Shown: one piece after another, positions 11,571 to 25,427 of the stretch
Layout of the letters: every line of letters begins with the position of its first letter
Position numbering within the stretch: position 1 is the first letter of the stretch
Assembly: GCF_009914755.1 (NCBI RefSeq)
Contig: NC_060934.1
Source: the human T2T-CHM13v2.0 reference genome, Homo sapiens
Length of the DNA stretch: 64,000 nucleotides
Reading direction: 5' to 3' (one strand)
Translations under genes and position numbers: made by a program
The notes under the pieces: generated by a model
Database searches by the model: none
What the model saw: the letters and a program-made list of their open reading frames with translations, nothing else
Told to the model about the DNA's origin: nothing

Positions 11571-13139
11571 TCTGGCTCATACCCTCAGTTTGCCCTGAGC
11601 TTGCTTTCTAGATGTATGTTGGCTTGGATTGACCTACTTGGTGACCTTTGATTTGTCCCTGGCCAATGATTTTGTTTTGTCCCTGTATTCACTTAGCACA
11701 GATGACATGTTAAGGTTCATCACTGATTTAAGCAACTATATCCTAAGCTCCTTGAGTTATACATATCTTGGATTCCTTGCAGTGTTTAGCATGGGGCCCA
11801 GCACATACTGGACACTTAATAAATCTGTTTTGATTTTTCACCCAGCCCTTTACAACTGGGGCAGAATGTGCAAGCTGCTGAAAAACAGCCTCCGTCTTAG
11901 ATTGAAGATTTTGGTTGCCATGGGATCTATTTTGTACAGAAATGCTTTTGGTAACGTTGGAACACTATTTGTTCAAATTACAGAACTGGTTACTCCTAAA
12001 TCTCTTCTCCAGGGCTTAGTTTTTATTCTTTGTCCTGGTGAAAAAAATTGGTCATTAGAATATCTAGTTCAGTTAGCAAGAGCATTGCATGTGGCAAACT
12101 GCCAGGCTCATTCTAATAATTTTTCACTTTTTTGGTCAGTGTGGATAATATTTCACTCTTAGGCCCCAGGCACCTTTTTCCCTCCACGAGTAAACCCCAT
12201 TAACCCGATTTCAGTCAAGCTTAGTCTGTTCATTTCATTTCATTGTGAATGTTCTTGTAAGGGTAATTTATGGTATTTTTAGATTTGTGAATTATTGTAA
12301 GCATAATGGGTATTTTCTGATAATTTTCACCATAACTGTTAATTTAGCTAATCACAAATTATTACTGGACAAAAAAGGAGTTAGGTAATTTTCCCTTTAC
12401 CTGAGTCCAAAAGAAGGGAAAGTTTGATCAAGGCTATTGAGTCTATTGGTTCAAGACCATTTTGTGACTATTAACTTGTTGATTCAAGCTCCTTAGTCAG
12501 AATTTGGGGTGCTTCCAACAAACATGATTGTGTAGGGGTCACAATCAAGAGTAAATCTAGTTCATGACTATATAAATGATTTGCCTCACTCATCGTTGTC
12601 AAGTGATCATAGCAAATGTGGTAGCAGTCAGTATTTCATGATTAAGAATGCCTAATGGGAAGATTCACTAAAGCATATTTGAGACAGTCAGGAACATTAT
12701 TGAAAGAGCATGACTAGAGACAATGGTTGTGTCCAAGTGCATATTGAGTTTTAGTGTGAAATGAACTCCCACTAGTGGCAAGCCAATCAGAACAGTATGT
12801 TTATTACACGTGGTTCAAGTCATGAGCCAACTTCTTTTAAATTGGTTTGAGACAAATGAGAATCTGTGAAAATAAATGTTTCCATGAAAGGTTCAGCCAC
12901 CCCTCATTGTTGCTAGCAAATTTTGCAACAGTTTTGTTGCTTTGATGCCTCCAGCTGAAATGTCCACATTGGCCAAGGGTCTAATACTCCAGGTAAAACT
13001 GTGAAGTGAGTGAAGTTTGTCTTTGAATCCCTACCACTTACTCACCCTATACCATTTCCACCATTTGTGAATTCTTACTTACTATCCCCTTTTTATCTAA
13101 ATCACAATCTCCTTCCTCCTGCCTTAGACAACCCTAAGT

Positions 13140-13563
13140 CTACAAATTTAGTACTTTTCAATTCTGGAGTTAAAAGTCTGAAATGAGTTTTCTATGATAA
13201 AATTAAGGTGTTGGCAGGGCTCTGTTCCTTCTGGAGGTTCTAAGGGAGTATCTGTTTCCTTGTCTTTTTCAGCTTCTAGAAGCCACCTGCATTACTTAGA
13301 TATGGCCTCTTCCTCCATCTTTAAACCAGTAGCATCTTCAAATCTCTCTCTGACTCTTTAAGTAGTTACACTTCCTTCTCAGGCTCTGTCTCTCCTGTTT
13401 TCTTCTTATAAGTACTCTTGTGATTATATTTGACTCACAGATAATCCAGAATTGTCTTCTCATCTCAAATCTTTAACTTCTTCATATCTGCAAAGGTAAC
13501 ATATTCACAGGTTCTGAGAATAGGACATGGACATCTTTGGAGACCATTATTCTGCTAACCATA
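13140..13563 (-). mobile_element. MLT1 (MLT1B/C-like) MaLR LTR
   Basis: AAGGTGTTGGCAGGGC...TTCCTTCTGGAGG...CAGCTTCTAGAAGCCACC...AAGGTAACATATTCACAGGTTCTG...GGACATCTTTGG. Confidence 0.85.
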
Positions 13564-13564
13564 C

Positions 13565-13715
13565 TAGTCATGTGAGCTCAGGAAAATTATTACATCTCTG
13601 TTTTTCATCTGCAAAATGATAGTATTAGGTTTCTCAAAATATTGTTATGAAAATATAATAAGATAACGCATATAGAGTACTAAACACAGTGCTGGTACTT
13701 TTGTAAGCACTTAAC
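13565..13715 (+). mobile_element. MIR SINE 3' part
   Basis: TCTGTTTTTCATCTGCAAAATG...TTGTTATGAAAAT...ACAGTGCTGG. Confidence 0.65.
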
Positions 13716-14066
13716 ATTTTTTACTTTAAGAAATACGAGAGTGGGGAGGACAGAGTGGAATCTGTTAACAAGCAAAATGACTGTCACTGACTTAGGCAAC
13801 TTCCACAACAACTCCGTTTGAACAAACTATAGAGAGCAAAGCTTAAAGAGAAAACACTAGTATTCACCTGTTGTCACAAACATCAGTATCTTTCACAAGT
13901 TTCATGTCTCTGTTCCCCCTAACACTGAAACTTGATTATAAGTACCCACTAAATGGAGAGGTAATAATTCTTAAGCTTGGAAAAAACATGAAAAGTCATC
14001 TGATTGGACACCTCCAGCAACCAACACTATCTCCTGCCTATAAGTGTCCATTCTGTCTTTAGACAG

Positions 14067-14446
14067 TATTATGGTTTGAATGTTTGTCCCCTCTAAAACT
14101 CATATTAAAAATTAATCCCCAATGTGGCAGTATTGAGAGGTGGTGCCTTTAAGAGGTGATTGAGTCAAGAGGGCTCTGCACTAATGAATAGATTAATCCA
14201 TTTATGGATTACTGGATTAATAGTTTAACGGGTTAATGAATTACCACGGGACTGGGACTTCTAGCTTTGTAAGAAGAGGAAGAGAGACCCGAGCTAGCAC
14301 ACTCAGTCCCCTTGCTATGTGATGTTCTTTACCATCTCAGGACTCTGCACAGAGTCCCCAACAGCAAGAAGGCCCTCACCAGATACAGCCCCTTGACCTG
14401 GGACTTCTCAGCCTCCATAACCGTAAGAAATAAATGCCTTTTCTTT
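14067..14446 (+). mobile_element. MST (MSTD/MSTC-like) MaLR solo LTR, 5' portion
   Basis: Starts TATTATGGTTTGAATGTTTGTCCCC and contains GATTAATCCATTTATGGATT and AAGAAGGCCCTCACCAGAT. Left 5-bp TSD GACAG at 14062-14066. Confidence 0.9.
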
Positions 14447-17442
14447 TCTTTTCTTTCCTTTTCTTTCTTTCTTTTTTTTTTGCATTTAAAAAAATTTCAA
14501 TAGGTTTTTAGGGAACAAGTCGCGTTTGGTTACAAGAATAAGTTCTTTAGTGGTGATTTCTGAGATTTTGGTGCACCCATCACTGAAGCAGTGTGTACTG
14601 TACCCAGTGTGTAATCTTTTATGCCTCACTGCCTCCCACCCTTTCCCCCAAGCCCCTAAAGTCCATTGTATTATTCTTATGCCTTTGCATCTTCATAGCT
14701 TAGCTCCCACTTGTGAGTGAGAAGATACAACATTTGGTTTTCCATTCCTGAGTTACTTCACTTAGAATAGTGGCCTACAATTCCATCAAGGTTGCTGCAA
14801 ATGCCATTATTTCATTCCTTTTAATGGCTGAGTAGTATTCCATGATGTATATGTGTGTGTGTGTATGTGTGTATGTATCACTTTTTTATCCAATCATTGA
14901 TTGATAGGCATTTGGGCTGGTTCCATATTTTTGCAATTGTAAATTGTGCTACCATAAACGTGTGTGCAAATATCTTTTTTTGGATAATGACTTCTTTTCC
15001 TCTGGGTACATACCCAGTAGTGGGACTGCTGGATCAAATGGTAGTTCTACTTTTAGTTGTTTAAGGAATCTCCACAGTGTTTTCCATCATGGTTTTACTA
15101 GTTTGCATTCCCACCAGCAGTGTAAAGGTGTTCCCTTTTCACCTCATCCACACCAACGTGTATTATTTTTTGACTTTTTACTAGTAGCCATTCTGACTGG
15201 TGTGAGATGATATCTCATTATGATTTTGGTTTGCATTTCCATGATCGGTAGTGATGCTGAGCATTTTTTTCATATAGTTTGTAGGCCATTTGTATATCTT
15301 CTTTAGAGAATTGTCTATCCATGTCCTTAGCCCACTTTTTGATGTGACTGTTTTTTTTTTTCTTGATGATTTGTTTGAGCTCCTTGTAGATTCTGGATAT
15401 TAGTCCTTTGTTGGATGTATACATTGCGAACATTTTCTTATTGCGAAGATTTTCTCCCACTCTGTGGGTTGTCTGTTTACCCTGCTGATTGTTTCTTTTG
15501 CCATGCAGAAGCTTTTTAGTTTAATTAAGTCACATCTATTTATCTTTGTTTTTGTTGCATTTGCTTTGGGTTCTTGGTCATGAAGTCTTTGCCTAAGCCA
15601 ATGTCCAGAAGGATTTTTTCTGACGTTATCTTCCAGAATTTTATGGTTTCAGGTATTAAATTTAATTACTTGATCCCTCTTGAGTTGATTTTTGTATTAG
15701 GTGAGAAGTGAGGATCCAGTTTCATTCTTCTACATGTGGCTCGCCAATTATCCCAGCACTCTTTGTTGAATAGGGTGTCCTTTCCCCACTTTATGTTTGA
15801 GTTATTTTGTCAAAGATCAGTTGGATGTAAGTATTTGGCTTTATTTCTGGGTTCTTTATTCTATGCCATTGGTTTATGTGCCTATTTTTATACCAGTACC
15901 ATGCTGTTTTGGTGACTATGCCCTTATAGTATAGGTTGAAGTCAGATAATGTGATGCCTCCAGATTTGTTCTTTTTGCTTTGTCTTGCTTTCATTATGTG
16001 GGTTCTTTTTTGTTCCATATGAATTGTTTTTTCTAGTTCTGTGAAGAATGATGGTGGTATCTTGATGGGAATTGCATTGAATCTGTAGATTGCTTTTGTC
16101 AGTATGGTCATTGCACAATTTTGATTCTACCCATCCATGAGCATGGAGTGTGTTTCCATTTGTTTGTGTCATCTATGACTGATTTCAGCAGTGTTTTATA
16201 GTTTTCCTTGTAAAAGTCTTTCACCCTCTTGGTTAGGTGTCTTCTTAAGTATTTTATTTTATTTTATTTTTTGCAGCTCTTGTAAAAGAGGTTGATTTCT
16301 TGATTTGATTCTCAGCTTGGTGGCTGTTGGTGTATAGCAGAGCTACTGATTTGTCTACATTAATTTTGTATCCTAAAACTTTGCTGAATTCTTTTATCAG
16401 TTCTAGGAACTTTTTTGGAGGAGTCTTTAGGGTTTTCTAGGTACACAATCATATCATCAGCAAACAGTGACAGTTTGACTTCCTCTGTACCGATTTGGAT
16501 GCCCTTTATTTTTTTCTCTTGTCTGATTGCTCTGGCTAGGACTCCCAGTACTATGTTGAATAGAAATGGTGAGATTGGGCATCCTTGTCTTGTTTCAGTC
16601 CTCAGGGGGAATGCTTTCAACTTTTCCCTATTCAGTATTATGTTGGCTGTGGATTTGTCATAGATGGCTTTTATTATAATACATTAAGGCATGTCCCATC
16701 TATGCTGATTTTGCTGAGGGTTTCAATCATAAATGGATGCTGGATTTTGTCAAATGCTTTTTTGTGTCTATTGAGATGATCATGTGATTTTTGTTTTTAA
16801 TTCTGTTTATGTGGTGTGTGACATTTATTGACTTGCTTATGTTGAATCATCTCTGCATCCCTGGTATGAAACCCACTTGGTCATGGTGGATTATCTTTTT
16901 GATATGGTGTTGGATTCAGTTAGCTAGTATTTTGTTAAGGATTTTTGCATCTATATTCATCAGGGATATTGGTCTGTAGTTTTCTTCTTTTGTTACAGCC
17001 TTTCCTGGTTTTGGTATGAGGGTGATACTGGCTTCATAGAGTGATTTAGGGAGGATTTCTTCTTTCTCTATCTTGTGGAATAGTGTCAATAGGATTGGTA
17101 CCAATTCTTCTTTGAATGTCTGATAGAATTCAGCCGTGAATCAGTCTGGGCCTGGACTTTCTTTGTTGGCAATTTTTTTTTAATTACCATTTCAATCTTG
17201 CTGCTTGTTATTGGTCTGTTCAGAGTTTCCATTTCTTCCTGATTTAATCTAGGAGTGCTGTATATTTTGCAGAATTTATCTATCTCCTCTAAGTTTTCCA
17301 GTTTGTGCACATAAAAGTCTTCACAGTAGCCCTGAATTATCTGTATTTCTGTGGTAATGGTTGGATTAATAATCTCTCCCATTTTGTTTCTAATTGAACT
17401 TATTTGGATCTTCTCTCTTTTTTTCTTGGTTAATCTCAGTAA

Positions 17443-17840
<398 letters not shown>

Positions 17841-18557
17841 TGATTCAATTTCGTTTAGTTTTGCAAAGATCTTGGTTATTTCTTTTGTTCCACTGGGTTT
17901 GGGTTTGGTTTATTCTTGTTTCTCTAGTTCCTTGAAGTGTATCCTTAGATTGTCTAATTGTGCTGTTTCAGACTTTTCAATGTAGGCATTCAAGACTATG
18001 AACTTTCCTCTTAGCACCACCTTTGCTGTATCTGAGTGGTTTTGATAGGTTGTGTCACTATTATCATTCAGTTAAAAAAAGTTTTTAATGTTCTTCTTGA
18101 CTTCATTGTTAACAGTAATTCAGGAGCATGTTATTTAATTTCCACGTATTTTCATGGTTTTGAGGGTTCCTTTTGGAGTTGATTTCCAGTTTTATTCTAC
18201 TGTCATCTGAGACAGTACTTGATATAATTTTGATTTTCTTAAATTTATTGAGACTTGTTTTGTGGCCTATCATATGGTCTACCTTGGAGAATGTTCCATG
18301 TGCTGATGAATAGAATGTATATTCTGCAGTTGTTGGTTAGAATGTTCTGTAAATATCTGCTAAGTCCATTTGTTCTAGGGTATAGTTTATGCCCATCGTT
18401 TCTTTGTTGACTCTCCATCTTGATGACCTATCTAGTGATGTCAGTGGAGTATCGAAGTCCCCCACTGTTATTGTGTTGTGTCTATGTCATTTCTTAGGTC
18501 TAGTAGTAATTATTTTATAAATCTGGGAGCTCCAGTGTTAGGTACATATATATTTAG

Positions 18558-18930
<373 letters not shown>

Positions 18931-20080
18931 CCTTTTTGTCTTTTTTAACTGCTGTTGCTTTACAGTTTGTTTTGTCTGACAAAAGAATAGCTACCCCTGC
19001 TTGTTTTTGGTGCCCATTTGCATGGAATATCTTGTTCTACCCCTTTACCTTAAGTTTATGTGAGTCCTTGTGTGTTATTTGAGTCTCTTGAAGACAGCAG
19101 ATACTTAGTTGGTGTATTCTTATCCATTCTGCCATTCTGTATCTTTTAAGTAGAGCATTTAGGCCATTTACATTCAATGTTAATATTGAGATGTGAGATA
19201 CTATTCTATTCATTGTGCTATTTGTTGCCTCAATACCTTGTTTTCTAAAATTTATTTATTATGTTTTTGCTTTATAGGTGCTGTGAGATTTATGCTTTAA
19301 GGAGGTTATATTTTGGTGTAGTTTGAGGATTTGTTTCAAGATTTAGAGCTCCTTTTAGCAGTTCTTGTAGTGCAGGCTTTATAGTGGTGAATTCTCTTAG
19401 TATTTGTTTGTCTAAAAAAAAACCTGTATCTTTTCTTCATTTATGAAGCTTAGTTTCACTGGTTACAAAATTCTTAGCTGATAATTGTTTTGTTTAAGGA
19501 GGCTAGAGATAGGGCCCCAATCCCTTCTAGCTTGTAGGGTTTCTGCTGAGAAATCTGCTGTTAATCTCATATGTTTTCCTTTATAGGTTACCTGGTGTTT
19601 TTGCCTCACAGCTCTTAAGATTATTTCCTTCATCTTGACTTCAGATAACCTGATGACTATGTGCCTAGGCAATGATCTTTTTGTGATAAATTTCCCAGGT
19701 GTTTTTTGAGCTTCTTGTATTTGGATGTCTAGGTCTCTGGCAAGGCTAGGAAAGTTTGCCTTGATTTTTCCCTCAAATATGTTTTCCAAACTTTTAGATT
19801 TCTTCTTTCTAAGGAACACAAATTATTTTTAGGTTTAGTTACATAGTCCCAAACTTCTTGGAGGCTTTGTTCATTTTTTAAAAAATTCTATTTTCTTTGT
19901 CTTTGTTGGATTGGGTTAATTTGAAAACCTGTTTTTGAGCTCTGAAGTTCTTTCTTCTGCTTGTTCGATTCTGTTGCTGAGACTTCCCAGTGTATTTTGC
20001 ATTTCTCTAAGTATGTCCTTCATTTCCAAAAATTGTGATGGTTTTCTATTTATGCTATTTCACCGAAGATTTTTCCCTTC

Positions 20081-20440
20081 TGTATTAGTCCATTTTCATA
20101 CTGCTACGAAGAAATACCCAAGACTTGGTAATTTATAAAGAAAAAGAGGTTTTATGGACTCACAGTTCCACATGGCTGGGGAGGCCTCACAATCATGGCA
20201 GAAGGCAAAGGAAGAGCAAAGGCACATCTTACATGGCTGCAAGAAAGCATGTGCGGGGAATTGCCCTTAATAAGACCATCAGATCTCATGAGACTTATTC
20301 ACTATCATGAGAACAGCATGGGAAAAACTCTGCTCCCATGATTCAATTACCTCCCACTGTGTCCCTCCCATGACACATAGGGATTATGGGAGCTACAATT
20401 CAAGATGAGATTTGGGTGGGGACACAGCCAAACCATATCA
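20081..20440 (-). mobile_element. THE1 (THE1C-like) solo LTR inserted in L1PB ORF1
   Basis: TGTATTAGTCCATTTTCATACTGC...GGGACACAGCCAAACCATATCA, 360 bp with TG..CA ends. 5-bp TSD CCTTC on both sides. Confidence 0.95.
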
Positions 20441-22112
20441 CCTTCATTTCCTGTATCATTGTTTTGGTTTCATTAAGTTGGACTTCATCTTTCTCTGGTG
20501 TCTCCTTAATTTGCTTAATAATCGACCTTCTGAATTTTTTTTCTGGCAATTCAGAGACTTCTTCTTGGTTTGGATCCATTGCTGGTGAGCTAGTGTGATC
20601 TTTTGGAGGTGTTAAAGAAACATGTTTTGTCATTTTACCAAAACTGTTTTTCTGATTCCTTCTCATTTGGACAGACTATGTCAGAGGGAAGATCTGGGAC
20701 TCAAGAGCTGCTGTTCAGATTCTTTGTCCCAAGGGGTGCTCCCTTGATGTAGTGCTCTCCCCTTCCCCTAAGGATGTGGCTTCCTGAGAGCCAAACTGCA
20801 GTTATTTCTCTTCTGGATGTAGCCACTCAGTGGAGCTACTGGGTTCTGGGCTGGTACTGGGGAGTGTCTGACCAAAGTCCTGTGATGTGAACCATTTTCA
20901 TGTCTACCATCTTCAGGTGTCTCAGTCTTGGATACCAGCACCTGTTTTGGTGGAGTTGGCAGGGGAGTGAAATGGATTCTGTGAGGGTCCTTAGTTGTAG
21001 TTTTGTCTATTGCACTAGTTTTGTATTTGTTGGCCTCCAGCCAGGAGGTGGCACTTTCAGGGGAGCATCAGTTGCCATAGTATAGGGAGGATCAAGGCAG
21101 TGGGTGGAGCCCTAGAGCTCCGAAGAGATTATGTCCTTTGTCTTTGGCTACAAGGGTGGGTAGAGAAAGACCATCAGGTCGGGGCAGGGTTAGGCCTGTC
21201 TGAGCTCAGGCTCTCCTTGGGTGGGGCTTGCTGCAGCTGCTGTGGGGTATGGGGATGTGGTTCTCAGGCCAGTGAAGTTATGTTCCCAGGGGGACTGTAG
21301 CTGCCTCTGATGTGTCATGCAGGTCACCAGGGAAGTCGGGGAAAGCTGGCAGTTACAGGCTTCACCTAGCTCCCATGCAGCCCAAGAGGCTGGTCTCACT
21401 CCCACCATGCCCCCACCAACAGCACTGAGTTTATTTCCAGGCAGCCAGTGAGCAGGGCTGAGAACTTGCCACAGGCTACTAGCCTTTTAGCTGAGAAAGC
21501 AAGCAGGGCTTTCAGGTCTTGTGCCTCCCTGCCTGCTGCGGCTTCTGTGCTGTGTATCCACTCCCGATTCACCTCCTCCCCCAGTTTCTATCGAGGAAAT
21601 TTGTGTTCAGTTGAAATTGTTACAAAGTTCAGCTGGAAGTTTCTTTCTCCCTGTGGTCTTTTCCCAGTTCCTCTGGCAGCCCTTCCCAAGGATCTCTGTG
21701 AGACTAAGTCAGAAATGGCTTCCCTGGGGACCGAGAGAGCCCACAGGGCTCTTCCCACTACTTCTACCCTTGTATTTTGCTTAGCTCTCTAAATTTGTCT
21801 CAACTCTAGGTAAGATCAAATCCTTCTCCCATTATCTGGACCTTCAGTTTCCCCCGTGAAGGTGTGTGTTCAAGGGCAGACAATCCCCCTTTCACACTTT
21901 GGGCACTCACATTTTTTCAACCATCTTCTGGGGCCTGCAGGAGCAATCTGCTTCCTTCAAAGGGTCTGTGGATTCTCTAGGCTTTCCGGGTATGTTCCTG
22001 CAGTAGTTCTTGGAGTAAAAGTTTACAATGTGCACCTCCACAAGCTGCTCTGTCCATCTGAGTGGGAGCTGGAAGTTAGTCCTGCCTTCTATCCACCATT
22101 TTCCTGCTGTTC

Positions 22113-22187
22113 AAATAAATGCCTTTTCTTTATAAATTACCCGGTTTCAGGTATTTTGTTATAAGCAACAGAAAACAGACTAAGACA
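22113..22187 (+). mobile_element. MST LTR 3' portion (continuation of 14067-14446)
   Basis: AAATAAATGCCTTTTCTTTATAAATTACCC...GACTAAGACA, followed by right TSD GACAG at 22188-22192. Confidence 0.9.
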
Positions 22188-23129
22188 GACAGCTTTAACC
22201 ATTACCAAGTTCTTCCTGCCATTAAGCTAAACTGATTCCTTGTAATGTCTTTCCTTTAGTTCTATTTGTGTCTGCTTGCTTATAATACATTTAGTGTTTC
22301 TTCTATTAAACAGTCCTTTAGCTATTTGAAGACAACTATGCTGTTTCCAGCCCTACTCTAGCCTCACTCCTAAACTTTCTCTTCTCTCGAATATTCAAAA
22401 CCAGTTCCTCATACTGAACTTTAACAAAGATCAAGGTTCTGTTTGAGGCAGGAAAAAAAAAAAAAAAGAACTGAAACAGTGACTCTTTTTTGTTTGACCA
22501 CATCCTCTTGTTTATCTTGAAAATCAAGGTGGATAGACTATGAATGTGAGATGAAAAAAGCCAAAGAGGCTCTCTGTGTTACTATGATGACTACTCTGAT
22601 CTGAGCCACTATTACTTCTTTCCTAGACTACTGCAATGTATTTCTAACTAATTACTAATTGCTATCTCTGACCTGTGTCCCTATCGTGCAGGTAAGAGTA
22701 CTGACACACAGAGTCTCAATAGGTAATTTACTCAAGATAATGTCATATGTAAAAGAATTGACTCCAAGACTATTTTCATCTATAGCCTGTAACAGAACTA
22801 ATGATGGCCAATGAAATTATCACTTGGGTCTTGAATTTAATCTAGATGAGATGAAAATAGTGGCACTTTTGAAAATAATTTTAAAAGCATACTTAAGAGT
22901 TCTGGTTCCAAGGAAGATGGAGTAAGCACACTCCACCCCATCTCTCCTACTGAAGGCAGCTATAAATTCTGGACTGAATGCAAGGACCAGCTACTATGTG
23001 AAGTCTCTGAAAAATAAATGGTAGCATCCAGGTTGAGGAATAAGACTTGAATTCAAAGTCTGGTCAAATCATTTGTGAATTTACCGTGTTTTCCCTCCAG
23101 TATTACCTAGCCTAGACATGAAGGCAGCC

Positions 23130-23535
23130 TGCTATGGTTTGGATATTTGACCCCTCCAAACCTTATGTTGAAATTTGATTTCCAGTGTTGGAAGTAGGGC
23201 CTGATAGGAGGCATTTGAGTCATGGGGGCAGATCCCTCATGAATAGATTAATGTCTTCCCTGTGTAGACGGGTGAGTGACTTCTCAGTCTAATAATTTTC
23301 AGGAGAGCTGGTGGTTTAAAAGAGCCTGACATCCCTACCTCTTGCTTCTGCTCTCGCCATGTGATCTTTGCACACATCATTCACTTTGCCTTCTGCTCTA
23401 AGTGGAAGCAGCCTGAGACTTTTGCCAGATGCCCAACCTCCCAGCCAGCAGAATCATGAGCCAAATAAACTTTTTTTAAAAATAAATCACTCCATCTCAG
23501 ACATTCCTTTATAGCAACACAAATAGACTAAGACA
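23130..23535 (+). mobile_element. MSTB-like MaLR solo LTR inserted in L1M 5' UTR
   Basis: TGCTATGGTTTGGATATTTG...GACTAAGACA. 5-bp TSD CAGCC at 23125-23129 and 23536-23540. Confidence 0.92.
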
Positions 23536-25127
23536 CAGCCCAGCATCTGAAAGTGCACACTGGCTGCTGTCAGAAAGAGATTCAAGAGAAACTCTTCTGC
23601 TTTAAAGGACAAAGAAAGGGGGATGCATAGGGTAGAAAACAGTGGAGAATACTTTGGTATTTTTCCTTTTTCTACTACCCCAACCCCCAGGCATTATGGA
23701 AGTGGCAATTGTACAGTGATGACAGTGGTAGCTGAATAGATGCCTAAAATTCTGAAAGAGGGGAACCTTCCCCTGACCAGATGAGTATGGATCTAAGAGC
23801 ATGGTGTGAATTCCCGTTGCTTTTTTTTTTTTTTCTTCTCTGTCTTCATCACTTGACCTGGGACACAGATATTGTCACAAGAAGTGCCTTGCCGAGTAGA
23901 AAAAATAAAGCTTCAACTTCCTAGCTGGAGGCCCATGAAGGAGGTGCCAGGAAGCTAAAACATATCAATGAGATCACAGAGAGGTGGGAAGTCGAAAAGG
24001 CAATTCTATATTATTGTATCTGAATGCCTGAGATCACCATTGATGTGCCCGTGTATACATCTGAGCATACCATAGAGTTAAAAGACTTGGCCACAGGGTA
24101 GTACACATGGGGAACTGATCTGGATAACACAGGAAACATTTTAAAGTTAAAGTGATATTGAAAACATAGCTTATAGAAGGTAAGTCAGAACTTGTGGCCC
24201 AAACCTAGCCTAGACAACTGCCTGTTTAAACAAACAAAGAAAAATATTTCCCTTTGGATTGAAACTAGACTTAGAATCTCATAATATATTCTTCAAAACA
24301 TCTAGGATTTAATCCAAAATTACTTATACAAAAATTCAAACAAGGCAAAAAATAAAATAAACAAACAAAAAAGGAAAATTCAACTCTCAAGGAAAAGATA
24401 ATAACAAATGCCAACTCCAAGATGACAAAGATATTGGAATTATCTGTAAAATAAAGGGTAAACGTTCTTCAAACAAATGGAAAAGTGAAATATCTCAGCA
24501 AAAAAAAATAGAAGATAGAAAGGAAAACCAAATAGAAATTTAAAAACTGAAAAATATACTGTCCAAACTAAAAAATTCACTGGATAGATCCAATAGCAGA
24601 ACAGAGATAACAGAATAAAGAGTCAGTAAACTTAAAAATAGATTAATGGAAATTACACAAAATTTATTTATAATTATTAATATTATTAATAAATATTACA
24701 CAAGAGGGAGAAAAAATTTTTTTAAATAAACAGAACCTTAGGGAGCTATGAGAAATACCAAAAGTTCTAACATCAATGTCATGTCATCAGTTTTACAAAG
24801 ACACAACTAAGTGCGTGGGCCAGAAAAATCATTTAAAGTTACAATGGCTGAAAAGGTCCTAAATTTGGCAAAAAAAAAAAAAAAACAACCATAATTTTTT
24901 ATGTTCAAGAAGACTGGTGAATCCAAAATGGAATAAAACAAAAGAAATTCATGCCTAACACAGTATAATCAAACTGCTGAAAACTAAAGACAAAGAATAA
25001 TCCTGAACAGCCAGATGAAAGCAATGTGCTTCATAAAGAGAAACAAGAAATCAAATATTTGTAAATTTGTTGTTAGAGTCCACCAAGGCTAGAAGCAAGT
25101 GATACAAGATTTTAAAGAGCTAAAAGA

Positions 25128-25427
25128 GGCCGGGCGCAGTGGCTCACGCCTGTAATCCCAGCACTTTGGGAGGCCAAGGAGGGCGGATCACGAGGTCAGG
25201 AGATGGAGACCATCCTGGCTAACACGGTGAAACTCCGTCTCTACTAAAAATACAAAAAAATTAGCCAGGCATGGCAGCGTGCACCTGTAGTCCCAGCTGC
25301 TGGGCGGGTCTGAGGCAGGAGAATGGCGTGAACCCGGGAGGCGGAGCTTGCAGTGAGCCCATATCGCGCCACTGCACTCCAGCCTGGGTGACAAAGCAAG
25401 ACTCCATCAAAAAAAAAAAAAAAAAAA
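25128..25427 (+). mobile_element. AluY
   Basis: Y diagnostics GAGACCATCCTGGCTAACACGGTG and GAATGGCGTGAACCCGGGAGGCGGAGCTTGCAG. TSD AAAGA(G/T)CTAAAAGA. Confidence 0.93.

Noticed and set aside
11629-12162. 177-aa ORF, the longest not clearly derived from Alu or L1
   Set aside because: Non-ATG (TTG) start, hydrophobic low-information composition typical of AT-rich non-coding DNA, partial overlap with L2-like sequence, and no recognisable domain.
15423-15455. 17-bp-period micro-duplication inside L1PB (similar ones at 10391-10409 and 20891-20920)
   Set aside because: Ordinary slippage events in neutral repeat DNA with no functional implication.
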